A stretch of 64,000 nucleotides of DNA. Source: Thecamonas trahens ATCC 50062. Lineage: Eukaryota; Protista; Apusomonadida. This document shows, piece after piece, positions 1 to 10,800 of the stretch (its first letter is position 1; each line of letters begins with the position of its first letter). The stretch is from NCBI RefSeq assembly GCF_000142905.1, contig NW_013657658.1, positions 248,001 through 312,000 on the forward strand, read 5' to 3'. The notes beneath the pieces are model-generated. The model was not told the origin of the DNA. It ran no database searches and saw nothing but the letters and a program-made list of their open reading frames with translations. The position numbers were made by a program, and so were the translations under genes.

Positions 1-614
1 CCCGCGGCGAGTCGATGGTCCTGCTCCGATACTTGTCGATCGACGGAGCGTTTTCCGACGACGCTGTCGAGGTCGAGCCCCAGTACTCAGCACGGTCGGC
101 GAGCTCGGCAAGCCACGCCAGCGTGTGGATCGAGTGCAAGTGGGGTGAGTGCTTGATCACGACGACGACGCCGCCGCCACCACCACCACCTTGGGCGTCG
201 TCCGCGTCGGCATCGGTAGAAGGAGCGGATCCGCCATCGAGACCAAGCAGCGTCTGGCAGTACGAAGTCGGCTCTGCAGTTGTGGCGATAGCTGTGACGA
301 TTACGGTTTTGGTGGTTTGCTTGGTACGGCGGCGACGGAAGCGAAGGTCTGCGTCGCGCTTCCAGCTTGGTGCCCTCACGCCGCGATCGCGAGCGGCAGC
401 CGTGCCGATGTTGAGCATGAGCTCCGACTCGGAGACGGCAACGGATCCGGTGCCTCCTGTCATGATCGACGGCGCCACGCTGGCCGCCAAAGTCATCCAG
501 AGCCGCAACCCAGCGTTTGGTGGTGCAGCTTCTACCTCGCACTCGAGCGACTCTGACACGCTTGACACGGCAGAGTCGTCGTTTGCGCCGTCGATCGAGT
601 ACTCGTCGTACTGA
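1..614 (+). CDS. 3' end of a single-pass membrane protein of unknown function (5' part probably outside the window)
   Basis: ORF 15..614 has a Pro run, a hydrophobic segment AVVAIAVTITVLVVCLV followed by basic RRRRKRR (stop-transfer), and a Ser-rich tail. Stop at 612-614. Confidence 0.6.
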   Translation, partial: RGESMVLLRYLSIDGAFSDDAVEVEPQYSARSASSASHASVWIECKWGECLITTTTPPPPPPPWASSASASVEGADPPSRPSSVWQYEVGSAVVAIAVTITVLVVCLVRRRRKRRSASRFQLGALTPRSRAAAVPMLSMSSDSETATDPVPPVMIDGATLAAKVIQSRNPAFGGAASTSHSSDSDTLDTAESSFAPSIEYSSY

Positions 615-650
615 ATCAAGCGCAGGGCGGAGCAGTGTTCATTGGCGCCG

Positions 651-1455
651 TCATGGCGGGCGAGCGACCGAGTGAATGCGCTTGACCAGGACACCAAGGT
701 CCTCGGGCCGCATGGGGATTTCGGTGTGGAGCTCGGCCACAATGGTCTCACCCGAGTCAACCTTGGGGTCAAAGTGGAACTTGACGGTGGTCTCGCTGCC
801 AGCGGCCGACATAAAAGTAGTGCGCAGAGTGAGGACGCCTTGCTCCGAGACGGCGATGATGTCAACAAGAGGGAGGACCCGCGGCGAAACAACCGGCAGC
901 GGCGGCGTAGACGTTGACGGTGGATGGTTGGCCTGCGCCTGTGCCTGCGCCTGTGCCTGCGCCTGCGCCTGCGCCTGCGCCTGCGCCTGCGCTTGCTGCT
1001 GGGCATAGACGTAGGCGTCAGCTTGCGCGGCCTGTGCAGCCTGGGCCTGGAGCTGGGCCGCGGTGAGCGCATACTGGGCGGCATAGGCTTCGGCCGCCAA
1101 TTGGCGAGCCTGGCCAGCGTCGGTGGTGGCGGCCTGCAGGCGGGCCTGCTCGGCGGCGTATGCTTGGGCCTGCAGGTCGGCCTGGATGCGAGCTTGTTCG
1201 GCGGCGTATGCTTGTGCCTGTGCCTGTTCAGCGGCGTAGGCCTGCGCCTGCGCCTGCGCCAGCACTTGGGCTTGGACTTGCGCTTGCTGCTGCGCCAGAG
1301 CCTGCGCCTGTGCCTGCGCCTGTGCCTGCGCCTTTTGCTGCGCGAGCGCATCTGCTTGCGCCTGTGCAATAGCAAGAGCTTGCGCCTGAGCCTGCGCCAA
1401 CGCCTGAGCCTGCGCCTGCGCTTGCGCCTGCGCCTGAGCCTGAGCCTGCGCCTGC

Positions 1456-1505
<50 letters not shown>

Positions 1506-2953
1506 TTGCGCCTGAGCCTGTGCTTGCGCCTGAGCCTCTGCTTGCGCCTGAGCCTGCGCCTGAGCCTGCGCTTGTGCCTGAGCTTGCGCCTGGGCCCGAG
1601 CTTGCGCCTGAACCAGAGCATCGACTTGCATCTGTGAGTCGGCGGTGTGGGTGTGGGCGACGTCGCCTACCAGCTCGGGTGCCGGATCAAGAGGGGGCGG
1701 AGCATCAGAGCCAGGGTCAGTGCCGCGCGGAGCAGGCGGCTCGGACGGCTGCGGCTCGGCAGGGCGCGGCGTGCCTGGGGCGCCGATGCCCACCCCAGCG
1801 GCGGGCCCGGCAACGAGTGCGGGAGCGGCGGCGGCGGCAAAAGCAGCGGCAGCGGCGGACGCGGCGACAGCAGCGGTAGCAGCGGCAGCGGCATCCTCGT
1901 CAGCCGAGGCGTACGGCGGCGGCGGCTCTGCTGGCGCCAGTGTGGTGGCCGGTGACGGCTCAGGCTTTTCAACGGGCGAGCCGGGCTGCGGCACATACTC
2001 GGGCTTCCAGCCCTCGGGCATGATCTGCGGCCAGACAGCAACAGACGGCGCATACTCGAGGCGGTCGATCTTTGCACGCTCCGAAACAGCGAGGAACGGG
2101 TGCTGCATCAGCTCTGCGGCCGAGAGGCGGTCCTTCTCTTTGCAAATGCAGAGGCGGATGAACTCGCGAACAGTCGGGTCGCGGACCTGGGCGAGCTCGT
2201 CGGGCGGACAGCCCTCAGTGACCTTGCGCCAGATTTCGGCGACGCGATAGTTGTGGTACGGGACCTGGTGGGTATAGATCTCGAGAAGGACCATACCAAA
2301 GGCGTAAATGTCGGCCTTTTCGGTGTACTTTTCGTTGAACATCTCCGGTGCCATAAACTCGGGTGTGCCGATGACCGATGCCGCGTGCGAGTTGCGCATG
2401 ATGGTGGCGAGACCAAGATCACCGAGCTTAACCTCGCCCGAGTGGCCGTTGATGAAGATGTTGTCGCACTTGAGGTCGCGGTGGATGATGGGCGGGCGGT
2501 GTGTGTGAAGGTAGAGGAGGCCCTGCAGGATCTGCCGCGACCACCGCTTGATGACGCGGAGGTTGGGCTTTTGCGTCTTCTTGACAAAGGCGTTGAGCGT
2601 GCCCGAGGTCATGACTTCGGTGATGAACACAACCTGGTCCTTCTCGGTATCGACCCACGAGTGGTAAAAGTTGATGATGTTCTTGTGACGCAAGCCCTTG
2701 AGCAGCTTGACTTCCAGAAACAGCTTCTCGCGATCGGCCGGCGAGTACTGCTTGATCCTCACCTGGTTCCAAGCTACCTCGATACCTTCTTCAAGGTCGT
2801 ATGCCATGAACACAGACTTGAAAGCGCCCTTTCCGAGCAGCTTGTTTGTCTGTCCCCCCCCCCCCCCGCCGCGAACCACATCCCCGAGTCGATGATGACC
2901 GACCGCGTCCACATCCCGATCACCACCACGGACGTGCACCAAGCGGTCGCGAG

Positions 2954-2993
<40 letters not shown>

Positions 2994-3244
2994 ACATACA
3001 TACCAGCCAAAGCCAAAGCCAATGACAATGATCCATATTTCCCCATCATCACAATGATAAGTCCCATACCACCACCTCTTCTCCCCCCCCCCCCCCACTC
3101 CCCTTCCCCTTCCCCTTCTCCCCCCCCCCCTCCCCCCCCTCACCCACCCCCCTCCACACGACATACCCTTTCAAAGCGACCAGCATGCTCCTGGCCAGGC
3201 GGCGGACCCTTTTCCACCACTGTCTTGTCCTCCTCGTCAGCCAT
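651..3244 (-). CDS. WNK: WNK (with-no-lysine) Ser/Thr kinase; 2 exons (3244-3167, 2849-651); long (QA)n tract and C-terminal CCT/PF2-like domain
   Basis: Splicing GTATGT(3166)..ACAG(2850) gives [19 protein letters not shown], with Lys in the Gly loop. Also [37 protein letters not shown], and C-terminal [19 protein letters not shown]. Confidence 0.93.
930..1611 (-). repeat. Hexanucleotide (CAGGCN)n coding repeat giving poly(Gln-Ala) in WNK
   Basis: Arrays of gcctgc/gcctga/gcctgt on the + strand; translation is (AQ)n blocks. Confidence 0.95.
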
Positions 3245-3448
3245 GTCCACCACTTGAGGGGGAAGACGGCGAGGGAGGTGGGAGGGGTAGCAGGTGGGGG
3301 GTGGGGGGTGGGGGGGGGGTGGGGGGGTGGGCTCTTGGACTCGGTTGGCGACCTGATCGAGAGCGAAAAGCCGAGAAGGCAGGAAGGGGGGGGGGAGGGG
3401 GGGGGGGGGGTACGGAGTGGAGGAGCAGCGAGGGGGGGGGAGGGAGAG

Positions 3449-3768
3449 NNNNNNNNNNNNNNNNNNNNNNNNNNNNNNNNNNNNNNNNNNNNNNNNNNNN
3501 NNNNNNNNNNNNNNNNNNNNNNNNNNNNNNNNNNNNNNNNNNNNNNNNNNNNNNNNNNNNNNNNNNNNNNNNNNNNNNNNNNNNNNNNNNNNNNNNNNNN
3601 NNNNNNNNNNNNNNNNNNNNNNNNNNNNNNNNNNNNNNNNNNNNNNNNNNNNNNNNNNNNNNNNNNNNNNNNNNNNNNNNNNNNNNNNNNNNNNNNNNNN
3701 NNNNNNNNNNNNNNNNNNNNNNNNNNNNNNNNNNNNNNNNNNNNNNNNNNNNNNNNNNNNNNNNNNNN
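3449..3768. other. Assembly gap (N) in a G-homopolymer-rich region; further gaps at 22163-22338, 35493-35592 and 59842-59941
   Basis: Runs of n, mostly flanked by poly-G/poly-C tracts. Confidence 0.99.
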
Positions 3769-4104
3769 GGGAGAGGGGGTGGGGGAAGCCGATGCATCCT
3801 CCCCTTCCCCTTCCGACCCATCCATCCCGGCTCATCTTCGTCACCTGCTCCATCTCGATCTCCTCCCACATCGCGCCCATCTCCTCTCCGTCACACATGC
3901 CATGATTAAAAACCCCCATTGATCACTCCACTACCATACCCATACCTCCTCCATGCAGATCCTTCCAGACTTCGTCCATGCCCACTCTTGGCTTCGATGG
4001 GCGAATCACTCAAAAGCGAATGCCCCTTCCTCACCCCCTCCCCCCTTCCTCCCTCCGTCAACCACCCCCACGTCACGAACACCTCACTGTTGACGCAGCC
4101 CAGC

Positions 4105-7100
4105 ATGGCCGCATCCCAGTTCACCCCGCGTACGTCCATTACCCCCCCTCCTTCCCTCCTTCCCCTTTCCCCGCCTTCCCCCCCCCCCTTCCCCACTCCC
4201 GCCTTCCTCGCCTCGCTATGCCCGCGGCCTGATCCGTTTTTTGGATGGACTTGATCGCGATCACGAACACGATCATGATCACTCACACTGGCCATGACTG
4301 AACCCCTTGCCGCTGCGCAATCCCGCCCACGTAGTGCCCGCTCAGCGCAAGTTTGCCAAGAAAGAGGAGGAGACGCTCGAGTACTGGCGCAAGATCGATG
4401 CGTTCCGTACCTCGCTCAAGCTGTCGGAAGGCAAGCCCGAGTTCTCGTTCTTTGATGGCCCACCGTTTGCCACTGGCCTCCCGCACTATGGCCACATCCT
4501 TGCGGGGACCATCAAGGACGCGGTGACGCGGTATGCCCACATGACGGGCCACCACGTGACGCGCCGGTTTGGGTGGGACTGCCACGGCCTGCCGATCGAG
4601 TACCTCATTGATAAGAAGCTCGGCATCACGTCGCGCCAGCAAGTGCTCGACATGGGCATTGCCGCGTACAACACCGAGTGCCGGTCGATTGTCATGCGCT
4701 ACTCCAAGGAGTGGGAGCGGGTGGTCGAACGGGTCGGGCGGTGGATCGACTTTGACAATGACTACAAGACGATGGACACGCCGTTCATGGAGTCTGTCTG
4801 GTGGGTCTTCTCGCAGCTGTTTGAGAAGGGGCTGGTGTACAAGGGCTTTAAGGTCATGCCTTACTCGACCGCCTGCTCGACGCCGCTCTCCAACTTTGAA
4901 GCTGGCCAGAACTACAAGGACGTGTCGGACCCGGCGGTGACCGTCTCGTTCCCGCTTGTGGACGAGCCGGGCGTCGCGCTGCTGGCGTGGACGACCACGC
5001 CGTGGACCCTGCCGTCGAACCTTGCGCTGTGCGTCAACCCGGAGATGACCTACGTCCAGGTCCACGACACTGAGCGCGACACCGACTTTATCCTGCTCAA
5101 GGACCGCCTTGCTTCGCTCTACCCTTCGGCCAAGAAGGGCAAGGGCAAGGGCAAGGGCAAGAAGAAGGGCAAGGCCAAGGCGGCCGGCGACGATGGCGCG
5201 GCGGCTTCGGGCGACGACGCGCCCAAGTTCACCATTGTCCGCGAGTTCCCGGGTGCCGAGCTCGCCGGGCGGCGGTACACCCCGCTCTTCACCTACTTTG
5301 CCGACAACGAGGGTGCCGAGAACTACTGGCAGGTCCTCACCGACGACTACGTGTCTGCCGACTCGGGTACCGGCGTTGTTCACCAGGCGCCTGCCTTTGG
5401 TGAGGACGATTACCGGGTCTGCCTCGGCGCTGGCGTCATTGTCAAGGGTGGCGAGCTGCCGTGCCCGGTCGACTTTGACGGCAACTTTACGGCGCGGGTC
5501 ACCGACTTTGCCGGCGTCCACGTCAAGGCTGCGGACAAGGCCATCATCAAGAAGCTCAAGGACGAGGGCCGGCTTGTGGTGGCTGGCTCGATTGTGCACT
5601 CGTACCCGTTCTGCTGGCGGTCGGACACGCCGCTCATCTACCGCGCCATCCCCTCGTGGTTTGTCAACGTCACCGCGCTCAAGGAGCGCCTTGTGGCCAA
5701 CAACAAGGAGTCGCACTGGGTGCCCGAGGAGATCGGGACCCGCCGGTTCCACAACTGGCTCGAGAACGCCCGCGACTGGGCCATCTCGCGCAACCGCTTC
5801 TGGGGCACGCCCATCCCGGTGTGGATGTCCGACGACGGCGAGGAGGTCGTGGTCGTCTCCTCGGTGGCGCAGCTCGAGGAGCTCACCGGCGCCACAGGCA
5901 TCACCGACCTCCATCGCGACACCATCGATGACCTGACCATCCCGTCCAAGCGCGATGGCATGCCGCCGCTCAAGCGCATCGACGAGGTCTTTGACTGCTG
6001 GTTCGAGTCGGGCTCCATGCCATACGCCCAGAAGCACTACCCGTTTGAGAACAAGGAGTCGTTTGAGGCCTCGTACTTCCCGGCCGACTTTATCGCCGAG
6101 GGCCTCGACCAGACCCGCGGCTGGTTCTACACCCTCCTTGTCATCTCCACCGCCCTCTTTGACACCTCGCCATTCAAGAACGTCATCGTCAACGGCCTCG
6201 TCCTCGCCGCAGACGGCAAGAAGATGTCCAAGTCGAAGCAGAACTACCCCAACCCCGAGACCGAGATCATCGACGTCTACGGCGCCGACGCCCTCCGCCT
6301 CTACCTCATCAACTCGCCGGTTGTCCACGCCCAAGAGCTCAAGTTCCGCTCCGAGGGCGTCTTTGCCGTCATCCGCGACGTGTTCAACCCGTGGTACAAT
6401 GCCCAGCGGTTCTTTGTCGAGTACGCCAACGAGCTCGCCACCGCCGGCCACGCCTTTGACCCGGCCGCCGGCTCCGCCACCACCAACCTCATGGACAAGT
6501 GGATCCTCTCCGAGTGCGAGTCGCTCATCGCCTTTGTCCGCCAGGAGATGGAGGCCTACCGCCTCTCCACCGTCGTCCCGGGCCTGCTCACCTTTATCGA
6601 GCTCCTCACCAACTGGTGGCTCCGCCTCAACCGCCCGCGCCTCAAGGGTCAGGCCTCGGTCGACGAGTGGAAGACATCGCTGGCTGTCCTCTTCGGCATG
6701 CTCTTCAAGCTCACCGTCACCATGGCCCCGCTCACCCCGTTCCTCGTCGAGGACCTCTACCAGTCGCTCAAGCCGGCCCTGCCCGAGGAGATGCTCGCAG
6801 ACTCGGTCCACTACCTCTCCTTCCCCACCGCCGACGAGTCCATCCGCGACCCCGCCATCGAGGCAGCCGTCGCTTCCATGCGCAAGGTCATCGTCATGGC
6901 CCGCGTTCTCCGCGACCAGATCGGCCGCTCGTCCAAGTACCCGCTTGCCAAGATGATCGTCATCCACTCGGACGCCGCCGTCCTCGACCAGCTCGCAACC
7001 GTCGCCGCCTACGTCAAGGACGAGGCCAACGTCGAGGACATTGTCTTTGAGACCGACTTTGCCAAGTACGTCGACGCCCGTGCAGAGCCCAACCACCGCG

Positions 7101-7792
7101 CCCTCGGCCCGCGCCTCGGCAAGGGCGCTGGCAAGGTCTTTGGCGCCATCAAGCGCCTCGACACCGCCGCTGTCGCCGCCTTTCTCGCGAACGGTGAGCT
7201 CGCACTCGACGACGGTGTCACCCTCGCCGGGGACGACATGACCGTCAGCTTTGTCAAGCGCGAGGCCACCGACGCCGATGCCACCTCGTACGAGGTCATC
7301 ACCGAGGGCGCCTTTGTCGTCCTCCTCGACACCACCTTTGACCAGACCCTCGAGAACAAGGGCCTTGCCCGCGACATCCTCTCCCGCGTCCAAAAGCTCC
7401 GCAAGTCGTCCGGCCTCGTCATCGCAGACTCGGTCGACGTCTGGGTCGACCTCGCCGCCGCACCCTTCCTCGAAGACGTCCTCGCCCAGAACGCAGAGAC
7501 CATCACCAACGTCCTCGGCGCGCCCGTCCGCCCGCTCGCCTCCCGCCCGGCCCTTGCCTCGTCCGAGATCGCTCGCGAGACTCAGAAGCTCAACGGCGCC
7601 GAGTTTGACCTCGTCTTTACCCGCCCCGTCGCCCTCCTCACCGCCCAGGACGCTCCGCCCGCCCTCGCCGCCTTTGTCGCCACCCTCAACGTTGCACACC
7701 TTGCTGCCGGCGACATTCTCGACTTTGAGTTTGACGGCACTGCCCACCACCTCGTCGTCGGCGAGGACGTTGTCGTCTCTTCCAACATGTAG
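4105..7792 (+). CDS. IARS1: Cytoplasmic isoleucyl-tRNA synthetase; 2 exons (4105-4129, 4335-7792)
   Basis: DGPPFATGLPHYGH (HIGH), WTTTPWTLPSN, DWAISRNRFWGTPIP, EGLDQTRGWFY and KMSKS motifs. Intron GTACGT(4130)..TAG(4334) yields an in-frame MAASQFTPLPAQRKF N-terminus. Confidence 0.96.
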
Positions 7793-7837
7793 CCGCCCGC
7801 AAGTAACAGCGCCTCCATGGGCTCCTCCTCGCCCTCG

Positions 7838-10800
7838 TCATTGCTTTACCGGCAAGTGTTCCATCGACGTTGCGAGACGCAACTGCCCGCTCGTCCGCCG
7901 CGTCGACAGCGACGATGTGCTCTGCATGGCTTCGCCTGACTTCACCACAGCACCCGTCCGGCCAACCGAACGCCGTCGGAACGCAGCGTCGGAGCCGAGG
8001 CTCTGTCGTCCGGCTTCCAATCGCTCCTCCGATCGCCGCCGCACAAAGATAGGTGTCGAAGGCGTCTTGAGCATCGACGGCGTCGTCGGCGACCGCGAGC
8101 TCGGCGAGACCTGCCCGCCGGAAAAATCGGTCAGAATCTGCAGCCGCACCCCGGGCCGACCGGTCGTCGTGCTCTGCGACGCCGTCCGCGAGTGGCTCCG
8201 CGACAATGTCCGCGACATCGAGCCCGAGGCCGAGCCCGACGGCGATCGCGACCGTGACCGCGACGGGCCGCCCGGCGCGACCACCACCGACAGCGACGAA
8301 ACCCGCCGCATGCTGGCTTGTTGTCCGGCTGGCGCCACCCGGTTTCGCCGCTTGCGCCGCCGTGCCGAAAGTGTTGTGCCGGCTGCCGGCGGCAGCGGCG
8401 ATGGCGGCACCACCGTCGGTGTCGCAGGCCGCTTAGCTCCCTGACTCTTCCCCTTCGTCTCGCCGAGCAGAGCCTTGGCCGCCGCCTCAGCCTTCTTCGG
8501 ATCGACCGCCGAGACCGAGCTCTCCACACTCGTCGTCCTGCTCCGCACCTCGACCGGCTCACCGCTGACCCGCAGCGCCTTGGCTCGGAGTGTGGGGAAC
8601 TGACGCCCAGCAAGGAGCTTGGCATGAAGCGAGTAGAGGTCAAACTCGCCGGAACAGGCATCAAACGCATAGGTGCCCAGCCGGACAAGCTCTGCACCCT
8701 CAAACAACCGGTTGCGGAGCGCCGCGACGGTCGTGTGTGAGACCACTGTCTGCCCGCCATGCCCGGCGTCGCCGATCGCCTGCGCTTGGATCATGTGCGG
8801 GCCGATATAGTTGAACCGCTGCGTCCGCTCATCGAACACCCGCTCCGGCTTGCAGGTGTGTAGCCCGACACGAACCCGAAGCCCGCGGAAGAGCCACGGT
8901 GACGGCTTAAAGGCAAACAGCATCGCGTGTGAGGCCATGGCCGAGTCGACAATTGACGATGAAGACCATGAGGACGACGGCGACGATGGCGCCGACAAGC
9001 CATCAACCACTTGGTCCTGCTGCTCCTCGGCCTCTGCGCCAGCTGTGGCCTCGGAGCCAGCTCCTCGAGCCCGCTTTCCACGCTTGGACCGCGCCATCGC
9101 AGCCGTCGGCCGCCGCAGCTCGTGTTGTGTCTCGGATGGTTGTCCGCAGCTGCCGTCGGCCGCGCCGATCGGCACCTCTGCCGTTGCCGCATTCTTCAGT
9201 AGCTCGTCTGGCCACGGCGCCTCCATCAACGCGCTCTGCAGCTGCAACGCGCACGCCACCGCATCGCCTGCATGCTTGTATGCAATAATGAATGCATCGC
9301 CCTCAGTCCGCACCTCGTAGCCGCCGGTCAGATCAATGAGGTCGTGGAAGACCGCGTTGTGCATCTCCATGGCCTTCTTCATGGCTTCGGGGTGGTCTTC
9401 CCACAGCGTCGTCGACGACTCAACATCGGTAAACATGAGCGTGATCTTGCCGCTCGGCGCGTCAACGGCTGCAGCCTCAATAACGCCCTCCACATACTTG
9501 ATCTTGGCTTCCTTCGCCCGCAAGTAGTAGAGAACGACAAATACAAGGCCACCGCAGATAAGCATACCAGCCGTGGCGCCCGCAAGCCACAGCATGTACT
9601 GCGTCGACGTCGACGAGCGGGTGGCCAAACATGCGTTCGTACCGGCGCAAACGCCACACGCGTCGTCCTGCGCGCCCGAAAACGCCACAAAGTCGCACCC
9701 GATGCACGACGTGGCGTTGCCAAAGCACACTCCACACACATCCACGAACCGGTTGGTGCCAAAGCAGAGTCCGCACGAATCGCGTGCGACGTCGCCACCA
9801 CCGCAAATCCCGCAAGAGTCGAGGGCCGCATTGTTGCCAAAGCACTCGCCGCACTCGTCCAGCGCAGCATTGCCGCCAAAGCATACCTTGCAGCTATCCT
9901 TGTGAAAGTCAGTCGGGACGAGGCCGGCCGAGCCCGAGCAAACATTGCAGCTATCGACGACAGCGCTGCCGCCGCACACCCCAGCGCAGTCAAAGTACGC
10001 GCCGACGCCGTCGCAAAACACTGCGCACGTGCTCGTATTGCCGCCGCACACCCCGCACGCATCATACACGGCGCCGCGGCCGTCGCATCCGCTGCATGTG
10101 GTGTTGTCGCCACCGCACACCCCGCACGAGTCGGTGACATTGGCCGCCGATCCGCCGCACCCGCCGCACGGGCCAAAGCAACTACCGCACACATCGTCAA
10201 ACATGCCTGGCGTGAGGCCAGTCGTCCCGCCGGTGCACACCCGCACTCATCGAGCGCCGCACTCCCGTTGCACACGCCTGCACAGTCAAAGTAGACCGGC
10301 TCCGGTGCAGTTGCGTTGCACGACTGAAGGCATGCGCCCAGCGACGCTCCGCCACACACTCCGCACGCATCAAAGTGCTGTCCGCCCAGAGGAATCGGTA
10401 CACCATCGCATCCCAGGCACGAGCTGCCGTCGCCGCCGCACACTCCGCACACATCCAGGGTCCCGCCAGAGTTGGGCACGCCATCGCACCCAGCGCAGCT
10501 CGCGTTGTTCCCGCCGCACACTCCACAGTCGTCCATCCCGCTGTTTCCGCCGTAGCACACGAGGCACTCATCCAGCGCCCCGCCGCCACCAAAGCACTCG
10601 CCGCATGCGTCCTTGTCCGAGTCGGCCACATGCCCGGTGCCCGGCCCCGAGCACACCCCGCATGAGTCCAAAGTGGCCGGAGCCACGCACGACAGCCCGC
10701 TGGCAGAGACTCGGAAGACAAACAGCCCGTTGTGCGAGCTGCTGACATCAGTGTAGCTCACGCTCACGTCGCCAAACGCACTCGAGTCGGTACCGGACTC

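Noticed and set aside
3049-3922. Pro/Gly-rich ORFs across poly-G tracts and gaps
   Set aside because: Artefacts of homopolymers and N runs.
4283-7750. 1155-aa antisense ORF opposite IleRS, and similar long antisense ORFs (e.g. 24707..26263, 39603..40850)
   Set aside because: Shadow ORFs from strong GC3 codon bias; no motifs.
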